IMG/VR virus record: IMGVR_UViG_3300034111_000335
Coordinates: 32,001 to 96,000 of that record
From: a virus
Strand: one strand, 5' to 3'
Length of the DNA: 64,000 bases
Below the pieces are notes generated by a model. The model had not been told where the DNA came from. It made no database searches and saw only the letters and a list, made by a program, of their open reading frames with translations. This document shows, piece after piece, positions 1 through 7,919 of the stretch; positions within the stretch are counted from its first letter, which is position 1, and each line of letters begins with the position of its first letter. The translations under genes and the position numbers were made by a program.

Positions 1-2
1 CT

Positions 3-890
3 ACTTACTCTACTATTAACAACTTTGATTACACTATTGATGGTCGTGATTCTATCACTTACTACGTAGCTGTTAAAGGAGATGCTAACTCTACAGGATT
101 TAAGATGGCTCGTTTGACTCCTATCAAGATTACTAACCCAGCTAATGCTAAGCGTTACATCATTGATGAGACTGTAAGTTATGATTTCCCTGCAGAAACT
201 ATTGAGATTAACATGCCTAAAGTAACTGTAGATGAAGGTAACTTAGTTAACGTTCCTGTTAAAGTTCTTACAGATGGCAAGCAGTTGGGTGCACTTCAAT
301 TAGACTTACGTTATGATACTGCTTACTTAGAGTTTAAGAAAGTAGAGAACACTGAAAAGATGATGAAGTGGACTTCTTACTTAAACCCTTCTAACGGTAC
401 AGTATCTTGGGGAGCAGCTGACTTAACTAACGAAAACTTCTTAAATGATGGAGAGCAAGTATTTACCCTTCAGTTTATTGCTAAGAAGCCACAAGACTCT
501 TGGGCTACTGCAGCTTTATGGACTGGTGCTAAATACGTAGGTGATGCTAAGTCTAAAGACATGAACATTACTCCTGCTATGGGTATCATAGAAGTACGTA
601 GGATTAACAAAGGAGTTGTTTCTTTAAATGATCTTAACTCTATTATCGTATTCCCTAATCCTACAGATGGAGCAGTACAGATCCAATTCCAGATCAAACA
701 AGATGCTGACGTAGACGTAGCTATCTCTGATGAGGTAGGAAGACGCATACAAACGATCCTAAGAGAGAAAATGCCTGCAGGTAAGTACAAGTATAGTACT
801 AACCTAGATCGTCTCTCTAATGGCGTCTATGTGCTTACTGTTGTAACAGAGCATGAGACCTTACATTCTAAAATTATCGTAACTAAATAA
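3..890 (+). CDS. Cohesin-domain protein with C-terminal T9SS (Por) sorting domain, 5'-truncated
   Basis: Frame is open from position 3 (TYSTINNF...VKGDANSTGFK), upstream of the listed M at 105. Cohesin-like VNVPVKV...LGALQLDLRYD..YLEF...FTLQF. Type-A CTD-like tail VFPNPT...LSNGVYVLTV...KIIVTK. Confidence 0.8.
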   Translation, partial: TYSTINNFDYTIDGRDSITYYVAVKGDANSTGFKMARLTPIKITNPANAKRYIIDETVSYDFPAETIEINMPKVTVDEGNLVNVPVKVLTDGKQLGALQLDLRYDTAYLEFKKVENTEKMMKWTSYLNPSNGTVSWGAADLTNENFLNDGEQVFTLQFIAKKPQDSWATAALWTGAKYVGDAKSKDMNITPAMGIIEVRRINKGVVSLNDLNSIIVFPNPTDGAVQIQFQIKQDADVDVAISDEVGRRIQTILREKMPAGKYKYSTNLDRLSNGVYVLTVVTEHETLHSKIIVTK

Positions 891-894
891 AACT

Positions 895-1245
895 ATGAAC
901 ATTAAAAAAACGCTTGGTTTTAGTCAAGCAGAACCAGTCCCAGTAGATCCTAAGAATAGATTCTATTACATGCTGCAGCAAATGCAGGCTAATCGTTGGA
1001 AGATTACAGCTATCGTATTAGGTTTGTTCTTCTTTATTATTCTTGGTATTAACTCTGCAGTATTTTTTGGAATAGAAATCCAAGAGAACTGGAAAGAGAT
1101 GTTACTTATTCTTTTTGGTGCCTTTGTAGGTAACTTAAACAAGGTAGTTGACTACTGGTTTAACTCAGAAGACCGTGACAAAATGTTAATTCAGAAGGTC
1201 GATGAAGAGGACGGTGAATCATTATCTAACCCAAATAACTCCTAA
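895..1245 (+). CDS. Small two-TM membrane protein
   Basis: Hydrophobic segments ITAIVLGLFFFIILGINSAVFFGI and MLLILFGAFVG; A-rich leader. Confidence 0.7.
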   Translation: MNIKKTLGFSQAEPVPVDPKNRFYYMLQQMQANRWKITAIVLGLFFFIILGINSAVFFGIEIQENWKEMLLILFGAFVGNLNKVVDYWFNSEDRDKMLIQKVDEEDGESLSNPNNS

Positions 1246-1249
1246 TACT

Positions 1250-1570
1250 ATGTCAGAAGAACAAGAAGAAAGCGTAATGTCTGCTACTAAGAAAGCAATC
1301 ATTGGCGCAGTCACCACTGCTGTAACTGCAGGAGGTGCATGGTTTGCTACTCAATTCGGTGGCGGTGAAGAACCTAAAGAAGAGGCTAAAACAGAACAAG
1401 CTGCTCAGCCTGTAATTAACGTTAACCTAGAGAACAACAATACTAACCAACAGAAGCAATCTAGCGGAGGTACTAACACAATCATCAAAGAACGTGTAAT
1501 TGAAAAACCTGCTGCTCAACCTGCTGCTCCTGCAACCAAACCCCAAGCTGATGAAGAAGATCCTTGGTAA
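1250..1570 (+). CDS. Membrane-anchored low-complexity protein
   Basis: ATG at 1250 directly follows the upstream stop. One hydrophobic helix (AIIGAVTTAVTAGGAWFA) then an N/Q/P/E-rich tail. Confidence 0.65.
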   Translation: MSEEQEESVMSATKKAIIGAVTTAVTAGGAWFATQFGGGEEPKEEAKTEQAAQPVINVNLENNNTNQQKQSSGGTNTIIKERVIEKPAAQPAAPATKPQADEEDPW

Positions 1571-2252
1571 GTCGCTTAACAGACTTTGGTTAGTCTTACT
1601 ATTAATGGGTTGTGGTTCTATGAAGACTACTACCGAGGAAGATAAAGTAGAGGTGAAAGACATCTCTACTGTATCTAACTATACAGATTCTATTAAAAAA
1701 ACAGTACAAGTAGTAAGCGTGGATATGACTAAAGTTTTAAGTTTGTATCCTGCTTTGCAAGAGAAGAATGTAGGTCTAGGATTTGCTGAGTCTGTACTTG
1801 ATTATTTGGATGAAACAAACAGATTTATATTCACAGAAGAGAAGTCAGAGATCAAAGAAAGAATGGTCACACAATTCAAAGCATCAAAGAAAGGCGTATT
1901 TGATGAGCCTGTTGATGGAAAAGGTAAGATTAAACCTGCTCACTACTTTGTTTACGTTACTGTGGCTGATTTTGCTGTTGATGAAGACGAGCAAGTTGAT
2001 GGCCTTAAGTCAAAGGTTGTGGTTACTACCTTCATCCGTTTACAGGTCCGCTTTGTGGATGCTAAAACAGGTCAGATCTATATTGGATCTGGTGAAGGTG
2101 AATCTACAAAGACAGGCGAATCTTTCTTAAAGTCTTTAGACGATATGAAGTTTTCTCAAAGCACAGTAGGTAAAGCTACCCGTAAATCTCTTGAAACTGC
2201 TTGTACTAATGTGATCCAAAATCTCATTAAGTCAGGTGTATTTAAAAACTAA
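1551..2252 (+). CDS. CsgG-like (curli assembly/transport family) lipoprotein
   Basis: Start at ATG 1551 gives MKKILGK...LLLMG|C lipobox. Family-like elements: LDETNRFIFTEE, IRLQVRFVDAKTGQIYIGSGEG, C-terminal helix VGKATRKSLETA. Confidence 0.72.
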   Translation: MKKILGKSLNRLWLVLLLMGCGSMKTTTEEDKVEVKDISTVSNYTDSIKKTVQVVSVDMTKVLSLYPALQEKNVGLGFAESVLDYLDETNRFIFTEEKSEIKERMVTQFKASKKGVFDEPVDGKGKIKPAHYFVYVTVADFAVDEDEQVDGLKSKVVVTTFIRLQVRFVDAKTGQIYIGSGEGESTKTGESFLKSLDDMKFSQSTVGKATRKSLETACTNVIQNLIKSGVFKN

Positions 2253-3696
2253 GCTTTTTACTTTATTAGTGATTATAGCTCTGTCCGTAAATGGGCAGAG
2301 CTTTATCTATTCATACACAGATCCTTGCACACAGGAGCTAAAATTTATTAATGCTGACATGTCCAGTCCTATAGTAATTGCTTACTATGGACAGGTTAAA
2401 ACATTCTCTTATACAGAATTACAAGATGGAACGTTTGATAATTGGATAAATAGTGTATATTTGAAGTATCAAAATACATCACCCTGTCAAGGAGTTGGAG
2501 TAACTACTACTACAACTACCACAACAAATACGACTCTAAACATTGTAAGCAATGTAATGAACTTAGGGGCTATTTCAAATGTAGGTAGTGTAAATGTAGA
2601 CGTAGGATCTAGCACCTCTTCAGGAACTAACGTAGGAACAACCAATAAAACAAACAATAATGACAGCAGAACTAATTCTCGGAATCGTACTAGTAGCAGC
2701 TCTAGTAATTCTAATTCTTCTAGCAGCTCGTCAGGAGAAACTGGAAGCAGCAGCAATGGAGGAAATGCACCAGAAAATCAAAGCGGGAATACCGACAACG
2801 GAAATCCCGGAAGTAGTGGTAGCAGCGGAGAAGGTAATGGAGGAAGCAGTGGCTCCAGCTCCAGTGGAAACTCCAGTGGTAGTGGAAGCAGTAGTGGAAG
2901 CTCCAAAGGTGGAGGAAGTGGTGGCGGAGGTAAAACCGAAGAAAAAACGGAAGTACAAGAAGAAAAACCCTCCGACCAACAAGTAGAAGAAACTAAGACT
3001 GAGCAACAAAAGTCTCAGTCTAGTGGTACTGCGAAAGCAGCCAATAAAGCTAAAGCCGAAGTTGCTAAGCCCGCAATATTAGTAACTGGTGATTTAGTTG
3101 GTATTCAGACTAAGTCTGATGGAGCACAAGATGCAAGAGGTACTGCCTCCTTTACAAGAGTAAAAGGAGATGGTACTTCTTCTCTTGGGTTTTCAGCTGA
3201 TTACATGCTTAATGCTAGAATCGGTAATATCTCGTGCGTACGCTCGTGGATAGGAGCAAATAAAAAAGGCAACAAACACATTAGTGTTGTATCAGATGGT
3301 CTAAGTCTGATGCCTAAATCAATATCAAATACACTCTTGTTTGTAAGAGTAAACTCAGTTAAGAACTTTACAGCACTTTACGGAGCAGCTGGAACCTATG
3401 GTAAGTTATTTGGAGAAGAGATGATTTCTACAATTGCTATAGGTGGATTTATGTACAAGGGAAAACTTACTAAGAATATAGATGCTACAATTATTGCAGC
3501 AGGAATCTATTCTCCCTACTCTAAATATTATACAGAGTCTTTATTTGAAGCTAAGCCTATTGTAATTCCTTTCTTTAACTTTACCTACAAAATGACCAAG
3601 ACTTTTGGCTTAGGTATTACAGGAGGGGGAACTTACGTAGCAGGACAAGATATCCTAAACTTTCAAATCTTAATGGGAGCTAAGCTATTGATATGA
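2236..3696 (+). CDS. Exported protein with Ser/Gly/Asn-rich linker and probable C-terminal outer-membrane beta-barrel
   Basis: Signal peptide ends SVNG|Q. About 130 aa of low-complexity linker. The C-terminal ~200 aa alternate hydrophobic/polar residues and end FQILMGAKLLI. Confidence 0.6.
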   Translation: MYLKTKLFTLLVIIALSVNGQSFIYSYTDPCTQELKFINADMSSPIVIAYYGQVKTFSYTELQDGTFDNWINSVYLKYQNTSPCQGVGVTTTTTTTTNTTLNIVSNVMNLGAISNVGSVNVDVGSSTSSGTNVGTTNKTNNNDSRTNSRNRTSSSSSNSNSSSSSSGETGSSSNGGNAPENQSGNTDNGNPGSSGSSGEGNGGSSGSSSSGNSSGSGSSSGSSKGGGSGGGGKTEEKTEVQEEKPSDQQVEETKTEQQKSQSSGTAKAANKAKAEVAKPAILVTGDLVGIQTKSDGAQDARGTASFTRVKGDGTSSLGFSADYMLNARIGNISCVRSWIGANKKGNKHISVVSDGLSLMPKSISNTLLFVRVNSVKNFTALYGAAGTYGKLFGEEMISTIAIGGFMYKGKLTKNIDATIIAAGIYSPYSKYYTESLFEAKPIVIPFFNFTYKMTKTFGLGITGGGTYVAGQDILNFQILMGAKLLI

Positions 3697-4844
3697 GGTG
3701 GATCATTGTTTTACTCTTCTTTGTGAACTCACTGAGTGCACAATTCACTTACTCAGGATATATGTACAGTGCTAATGGAGGTGCTGCTATAAACGTTCCT
3801 GTGAAGCTTTATAAAAGAACAACAACTACTACAGGAAATAACTCTACTACAGTAAAGGTTTATAGAACTCATAATGGAACTGGTGCTACCACACAGTACT
3901 CTACTTATCCTTCTACGAGATCAGAAATGGATAGGTGTTTTAACACAAGTTACTCCCACACTAGTTTGTGGTCAACAACTACAATGTCAGGTAACTCTTC
4001 TTTAAATTTTGGAACTTATAGTACATTAACTTCTGCAGGTGCTAGTGTTCCTAGTAGTGGGGATTACTATGCTACAGAAGTAAGTTTTACTTTTACCCCT
4101 GCAGAAACTGGCACCTATTCTTTTGGTATGACTTCTGATGATGGATCAGATCTGTGGTTAGTAAATACAGGAAGTATTATTGAATACTATGGAGGTAAAG
4201 GAGTAGGTACTTACAAATACGGTAGTGTGAGTTTAACCGCAGGTACTTCTTATACGTTTATTGCACGCATGCAAGAATACTCTGGCGGAGATGGATTATA
4301 TCTTATCTGGAGAAGACCTTCTCAATCTGCACATTCTTATCAATCCTCTGAAGTAGGGACAGTAACTACTACAACTTCTTCTTGGACTTTAGATGCTACA
4401 GCCTATACTAACTCTTCAGGATACTATGCTTTCTCTAGAACCACTACTGCAAGTACACAATGGTATATACAAGTAGATGTACCTACAAGAATTCAGGCTT
4501 ACACTAGCACAGATATTCAAACAGTATCTAATATTATCTTAGGTAAGTCTACAGTCAATGGATTATCTTATCACAGATTTGATGTTAATGATGACGGAAG
4601 ATTAAACATTGCAGACAAATACTATGTAGCTGCTAGGAAGTCAGGAAGATTTACTAGATGGAGGTTAGCCTCTGATGTAAGAATATTTACAGCTGCTCAG
4701 TACAATACAATCTCTTCTTCTACTGGTAATGTGCGTACTACATATCCAGGAGTAGCTACCTTCTCAACTTCTACTTTAACTAGTGGAGGAACTTTAAATC
4801 TATATCTAATAGCTCCTGGATACTCTGGAGCAGTAACTTACTAA
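3693..4844 (+). CDS. Exported PA14-domain protein with dockerin-like Ca-binding module
   Basis: Signal peptide SLSA|Q. PA14 motifs FTPAETGTYSFGMTSDDGSDL and MQEYSGGDGLYLIW. Dockerin/EF-hand-like DVNDDGRLNIAD. Confidence 0.75.
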   Translation: MRWIIVLLFFVNSLSAQFTYSGYMYSANGGAAINVPVKLYKRTTTTTGNNSTTVKVYRTHNGTGATTQYSTYPSTRSEMDRCFNTSYSHTSLWSTTTMSGNSSLNFGTYSTLTSAGASVPSSGDYYATEVSFTFTPAETGTYSFGMTSDDGSDLWLVNTGSIIEYYGGKGVGTYKYGSVSLTAGTSYTFIARMQEYSGGDGLYLIWRRPSQSAHSYQSSEVGTVTTTTSSWTLDATAYTNSSGYYAFSRTTTASTQWYIQVDVPTRIQAYTSTDIQTVSNIILGKSTVNGLSYHRFDVNDDGRLNIADKYYVAARKSGRFTRWRLASDVRIFTAAQYNTISSSTGNVRTTYPGVATFSTSTLTSGGTLNLYLIAPGYSGAVTY

Positions 4845-4845
4845 C

Positions 4846-5292
4846 ATGAAAAAACTATTTATACTTTCCGCTTTAGTCATTATGATGACTTCTCTGAGTG
4901 CTCAATGCTACAAAGTTGACACTGTAACTTCAATTGCTTCTGTAACAGAGATAGGAGGAAGACCTATTATCTTCGGAGCACAGACAACTCTAGAAGAGAT
5001 CGCTTCTTCAAAGTACCAATTATGTAATGAGGGCAGTCCTATTTCAGGAGAAATCAAATCCATTGCTATGCCTGAGCAACTCTTAAACATTGTAGGCTTA
5101 CAGTTTCTTAAGCGTGAGTACATTGTAATTACACAGATCAATGTCAATGGAACTGTTGTAACAGGAGAAGCAAAGAAGATTGTCTATGTAAATGCAATGT
5201 TTGTTTCTGTAGAAGGGATTCCTCACAACAGAAAAGCTTACTCTAAGGCCTTGGAGAAGTCGTTTAAGAATGGATTTGAAAACTTGAAATAG
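4846..5292 (+). CDS. Exported protein of unknown function (possibly a degenerate CsgG/TolB-N-like fold)
   Basis: Signal peptide SLSA|Q. C-terminal helix YSKALEKSF resembles the end of the CsgG-like gene. Fold is an inference. Confidence 0.6.
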   Translation: MKKLFILSALVIMMTSLSAQCYKVDTVTSIASVTEIGGRPIIFGAQTTLEEIASSKYQLCNEGSPISGEIKSIAMPEQLLNIVGLQFLKREYIVITQINVNGTVVTGEAKKIVYVNAMFVSVEGIPHNRKAYSKALEKSFKNGFENLK

Positions 5293-5570
5293 GATAATAT
5301 CCTTCTCAAATGAGAAGTTGTCTATTTTGACTTTCTATTCTAACTTATATTACAGCAGTTTTTAACCAAATAGCTCTCGGAGCTAAGTCTCTGTTCTGTC
5401 CACTTATTGCCTACGGTCTATTAGTTGTAGGTCAGAGCACTGTAAACTTCGTAAGAACATTTCGACACTATCGGAGAAACCTCTTTTCACCTCTGAGGGC
5501 TACTCATACTATCCGACTTCTAGCAGATTACTTTCTAATCCTCATCTGCGAACACTAAGAAGTGGTGTCA
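5293..5570 (-). ncRNA. Candidate structured non-coding RNA (~270 nt)
   Basis: No ORF of 60 aa or more in an otherwise gene-dense genome. Two nested multi-stem domains plus a terminal hairpin. A TACATTTG -7 box on the - strand lies immediately upstream. Confidence 0.5.
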
Positions 5571-5575
5571 GTCTA

Positions 5576-5583
5576 CAAATGTA
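5576..5583 (-). promoter_or_regulatory. Bacteroidota -7 promoter box (TACATTTG) inside an inverted repeat
   Basis: caaatgta on the + strand; embedded in IR ctacaaatg (5573-81) / catttgtag (5588-96). No -33 TTG found. Confidence 0.45.
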
Positions 5584-5632
5584 ATAGCATTTGTAGGTCA
5601 GAAGTCTGGTGTGTTGAAAATTTGTGGATTTT

Positions 5633-5905
5633 TTAGAGTCCTGCAGCCTGCTGACCCTTTAGATAATCAGTCTGTTGCATTGGAGGATCATCGTCTACAA
5701 GAGAGTCCATAGCCATTTCTATGTATTCCCACAACATTTCTTCTGTGTATCTCTTTCTGTAGGTAAAGTCTTTGAAGCCTTCGTACAAAGCATTTTTAAA
5801 TCCTTCTATATCCCCTGCTATCTTAATCTCTTCGTCTTGCAAGGCTAAAAGGAATATGTCAAACACTTCCTGAGCTGTGGGTTTTTTAATCTTTTCCATC
5901 GACAT
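5633..5905 (-). CDS. Small acidic hypothetical protein
   Basis: ORF 5633..5926. ATG at 5905 preferred because the listed GTG start overlaps a promoter box. Confidence 0.65.
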   Translation of the reverse strand: MSMEKIKKPTAQEVFDIFLLALQDEEIKIAGDIEGFKNALYEGFKDFTYRKRYTEEMLWEYIEMAMDSLVDDDPPMQQTDYLKGQQAAGL

Positions 5906-5925
5906 AGCAGTGTTTTTAAGTAACA

Positions 5926-5933
5926 CAAATATA
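5926..5933 (-). promoter_or_regulatory. Bacteroidota -7 promoter box TATATTTG (leftward)
   Basis: caaatata on the + strand, 20 nt upstream of ATG 5905. Confidence 0.65.
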
Positions 5934-6015
5934 AGTTTAAATCTTTTTTTGTCTATAGTGTTTGTCTAATACTTATAAACTGTGAAAATAATTATCTAGA
6001 TTAAGAATTTGCTTA

Positions 6016-6044
6016 ACACGTGTAATATAAAATGTTACACGTGT
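6016..6044. promoter_or_regulatory. Candidate operator: two ACACGTGT palindromes forming a 10-bp inverted repeat
   Basis: acacgtgtaa (6016-25) N9 ttacacgtgt (6035-44), between divergent promoters. Confidence 0.5.
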
Positions 6045-6063
6045 CTTTAGACTTAACATTTAA

Positions 6064-6094
6064 CTTGACTTTTTTTGCTATAATGGTATATTTG
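6064..6094 (+). promoter_or_regulatory. Bacteroidota primary-sigma promoter CTTG-N19-TATATTTG
   Basis: TTG 6065-67 and TATATTTG 6087-94, upstream of ATG 6119. Confidence 0.8.
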
Positions 6095-6118
6095 TTTAAG
6101 TAAAAACAAACCAAACCA

Positions 6119-6475
6119 ATGAAAGTAGCACGTAGATATGAAGAAGGAGTCAAGTTACATCAAGCATATATTGATGTATTACTTAGACTTGCAGGGTATA
6201 GATTGTCAGATCTATACACTAGTATATTAGCCCATAGTTCTTACTACGGTACTTTAGACAAGGAAGTAAAAGAAAGAATCGCAAGTGAGTTTAGCACATC
6301 AGTCCAAGTAATTTCTAACGGGATTACTAGACTAAGAAAAATGGGCATCTTAGAAAAAAACACAGTCAACAGAAGATTGTGTCCTACTAGCAAGCAAGAT
6401 GTTACACTCACTTTGATTCTTTCTACAGGAGAAACTAAAAAGGTAGAACCCCAGTTGGAAGCTGCACAAGCATGA
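6119..6475 (+). CDS. Winged-HTH DNA-binding protein
   Basis: KERIASEFSTSVQVISNGITRLRKMGILEK fits the wHTH pattern. Confidence 0.65.
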   Translation: MKVARRYEEGVKLHQAYIDVLLRLAGYRLSDLYTSILAHSSYYGTLDKEVKERIASEFSTSVQVISNGITRLRKMGILEKNTVNRRLCPTSKQDVTLTLILSTGETKKVEPQLEAAQA

Positions 6476-7026
6476 GAACTGTAAAGGATAAATACGACAA
6501 CATCGAAATAAAAACCTACGCAGCTTACTCCGAGGTTGCTAAGGAAATGGATATGACTATAGACCAAGTAAGCACGGTCTACGAGTGGTATCTTAAAAAA
6601 ACCATCGAAGAGATCAAAGAGCTACCCACAGTTAAAGTAAGATTGTCTGGATTAGGAGTTCTAGTATTTAATCCTAACAAGGCAATGAAGACTATAGCTA
6701 CTAAACTTAAGTCTGAAACTTTGCTTACAGATTCTCCTAGAGAAGATCTTACAGCACTCAGAGGATATAATAACTACTACTTGCTAGAGAACTGGATTAA
6801 GTTATTTGAAGACAGATATGAAAGAGGAAAATCTAAAAAACTATACGCACCTGTAGTAGTTGATTACTTTGATAGAACTCTTATAACCTTAAAACAAAAC
6901 CACAAAAAATTATATGAATCCTTACAAAGAGTACATGGCCCTGAGCCTGAAGGGTCTAAAGAATTTGAACAAAGTACTGGAGGGAGTGGCAACGAAGACA
7001 GCGAACCAATTCAAACTATTGAATAA
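6472..7026 (+). CDS. HU/IHF-like DNA-binding protein
   Basis: EVAKEMDMTIDQVSTVY...VKVRLSGLGVLVF matches the HU/IHF helix-helix-strand pattern. Confidence 0.6.
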   Translation: MRTVKDKYDNIEIKTYAAYSEVAKEMDMTIDQVSTVYEWYLKKTIEEIKELPTVKVRLSGLGVLVFNPNKAMKTIATKLKSETLLTDSPREDLTALRGYNNYYLLENWIKLFEDRYERGKSKKLYAPVVVDYFDRTLITLKQNHKKLYESLQRVHGPEPEGSKEFEQSTGGSGNEDSEPIQTIE

Positions 7027-7288
7027 TGAAAAACAGAACATTATCGCAGAGCGAATGGATATTTGTCTCAAGTGTCCCTACAATTCAACAAACGCAGTAT
7101 CTTCCCCTGAGTACTTACAACTCACGGGCGAACACTACAGCACTACCAGGTCAGAACTACACTGTTCGTTTTGTGGGTGTATCTGCACCTTCAAAACAGC
7201 ATCTCTATCTTCGAATTGTGGAGTAGAGAGTTGGAACGCATCTAAACCAGATAAACAAATAGAACTATTATGGCACAAAGTAGAGTAA
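6914..7288 (+). CDS. Cys-rich putative Zn-binding protein
   Basis: ERMDICLKCP...HCSFCGC...KT.S..SNC...W. Overlaps the upstream gene by 113 nt. Confidence 0.65.
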   Translation: MNPYKEYMALSLKGLKNLNKVLEGVATKTANQFKLLNNEKQNIIAERMDICLKCPYNSTNAVSSPEYLQLTGEHYSTTRSELHCSFCGCICTFKTASLSSNCGVESWNASKPDKQIELLWHKVE

Positions 7289-7401
7289 AGAAACTCACAA
7301 TCAAGAATGGTTGTGACAAGAAACCAGGAAGTAAGTGTGGAGTACAGATTTACTTCTTGCCTGCTGACAAACCTTTAACACAGGTTTCTTCTAAAAAATA
7401 A
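7270..7401 (+). CDS. Small basic hypothetical protein (43 aa, not in ORF track)
   Basis: MAQSRVKKLTIKNGCDKKPGSKCGVQIYFLPADKPLTQVSSKK*; fills the gap up to the next ATG at 7406. Confidence 0.45.
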   Translation: MAQSRVKKLTIKNGCDKKPGSKCGVQIYFLPADKPLTQVSSKK

Positions 7402-7405
7402 GATT

Positions 7406-7612
7406 ATGGAAAACCACCAAGCCCCTAGTCAGCAACCCTACGTATCTAAGACTTTACAGGATAACTTATTCGAGACGTTTAAGATTTTCTGGAAAGCAGG
7501 ATACTCGTACGGAAAGACTGGAAGAGATGAAGACTTCTATGCACGTGTTCTTGAAGACATCATGAACATGAACCAGTCAGACTTCTTAAAAAAATACAAC
7601 AATGGCAACTAA
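7406..7612 (+). CDS. Hypothetical protein
   Basis: 68-aa ORF coupled to the next gene. Confidence 0.6.
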   Translation: MENHQAPSQQPYVSKTLQDNLFETFKIFWKAGYSYGKTGRDEDFYARVLEDIMNMNQSDFLKKYNNGN

Positions 7613-7919
7613 AAAACTATCCTATATATCAGCAGAACTTGAATGGGCAGAACAACGCTTAACTGAGTGGAGAGCATATATAGATAACAATCCTATCAAT
7701 GGATTGAAAGACAGAATTGAATGGAAGCCTACAGCCAAAGGAGGAACAATGCCTATGGTTATTGCTAGCCAAGAATCACAAATCAAATCTCTTAGAGATA
7801 CTATGAAAGAATACTTAGCTTTACTTGAAGTAGTAGATCGTCTTAGAGAGAAAGAAGAACAAAAAGCAGAAGCCCGTGGATCTCAAGAGATTAACGGTAA
7901 GATGAAACAATTTAGTTAA
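7602..7919 (+). CDS. Helical protein upstream of TerL (candidate terminase small subunit)
   Basis: Position, TAATG coupling to TerL and helical character. Function inferred from synteny only. Confidence 0.5.
   Translation: MATKKLSYISAELEWAEQRLTEWRAYIDNNPINGLKDRIEWKPTAKGGTMPMVIASQESQIKSLRDTMKEYLALLEVVDRLREKEEQKAEARGSQEINGKMKQFS

Noticed and set aside
2487-3009. Alternative-frame ORFs 2487..2756(-), 2660..2986(+) and 2731..3009(-)
   Set aside because: Shadows of the low-complexity Ser/Gly linker. The + frame 108-aa ORF looks protein-like but has no independent support.
1250-3696. Curlin (CsgA/B) subunits next to the CsgG-like gene
   Set aside because: The N/Q/S/G-rich stretches lack the periodic QxGxxN repeats and look like disordered linkers
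1-5292. Host chromosome flank (prophage junction) as the explanation for the secreted-protein operon
   Set aside because: Codon style and leaders look the same as in the phage genes, and no integrase or att-like boundary was seen. It cannot be fully excluded without read coverage.
5293-5632. CRISPR array, tRNA or tmRNA in the non-coding gap
   Set aside because: No spaced direct repeats, no cloverleaf or T-loop/CCA, no tag reading frame recognised
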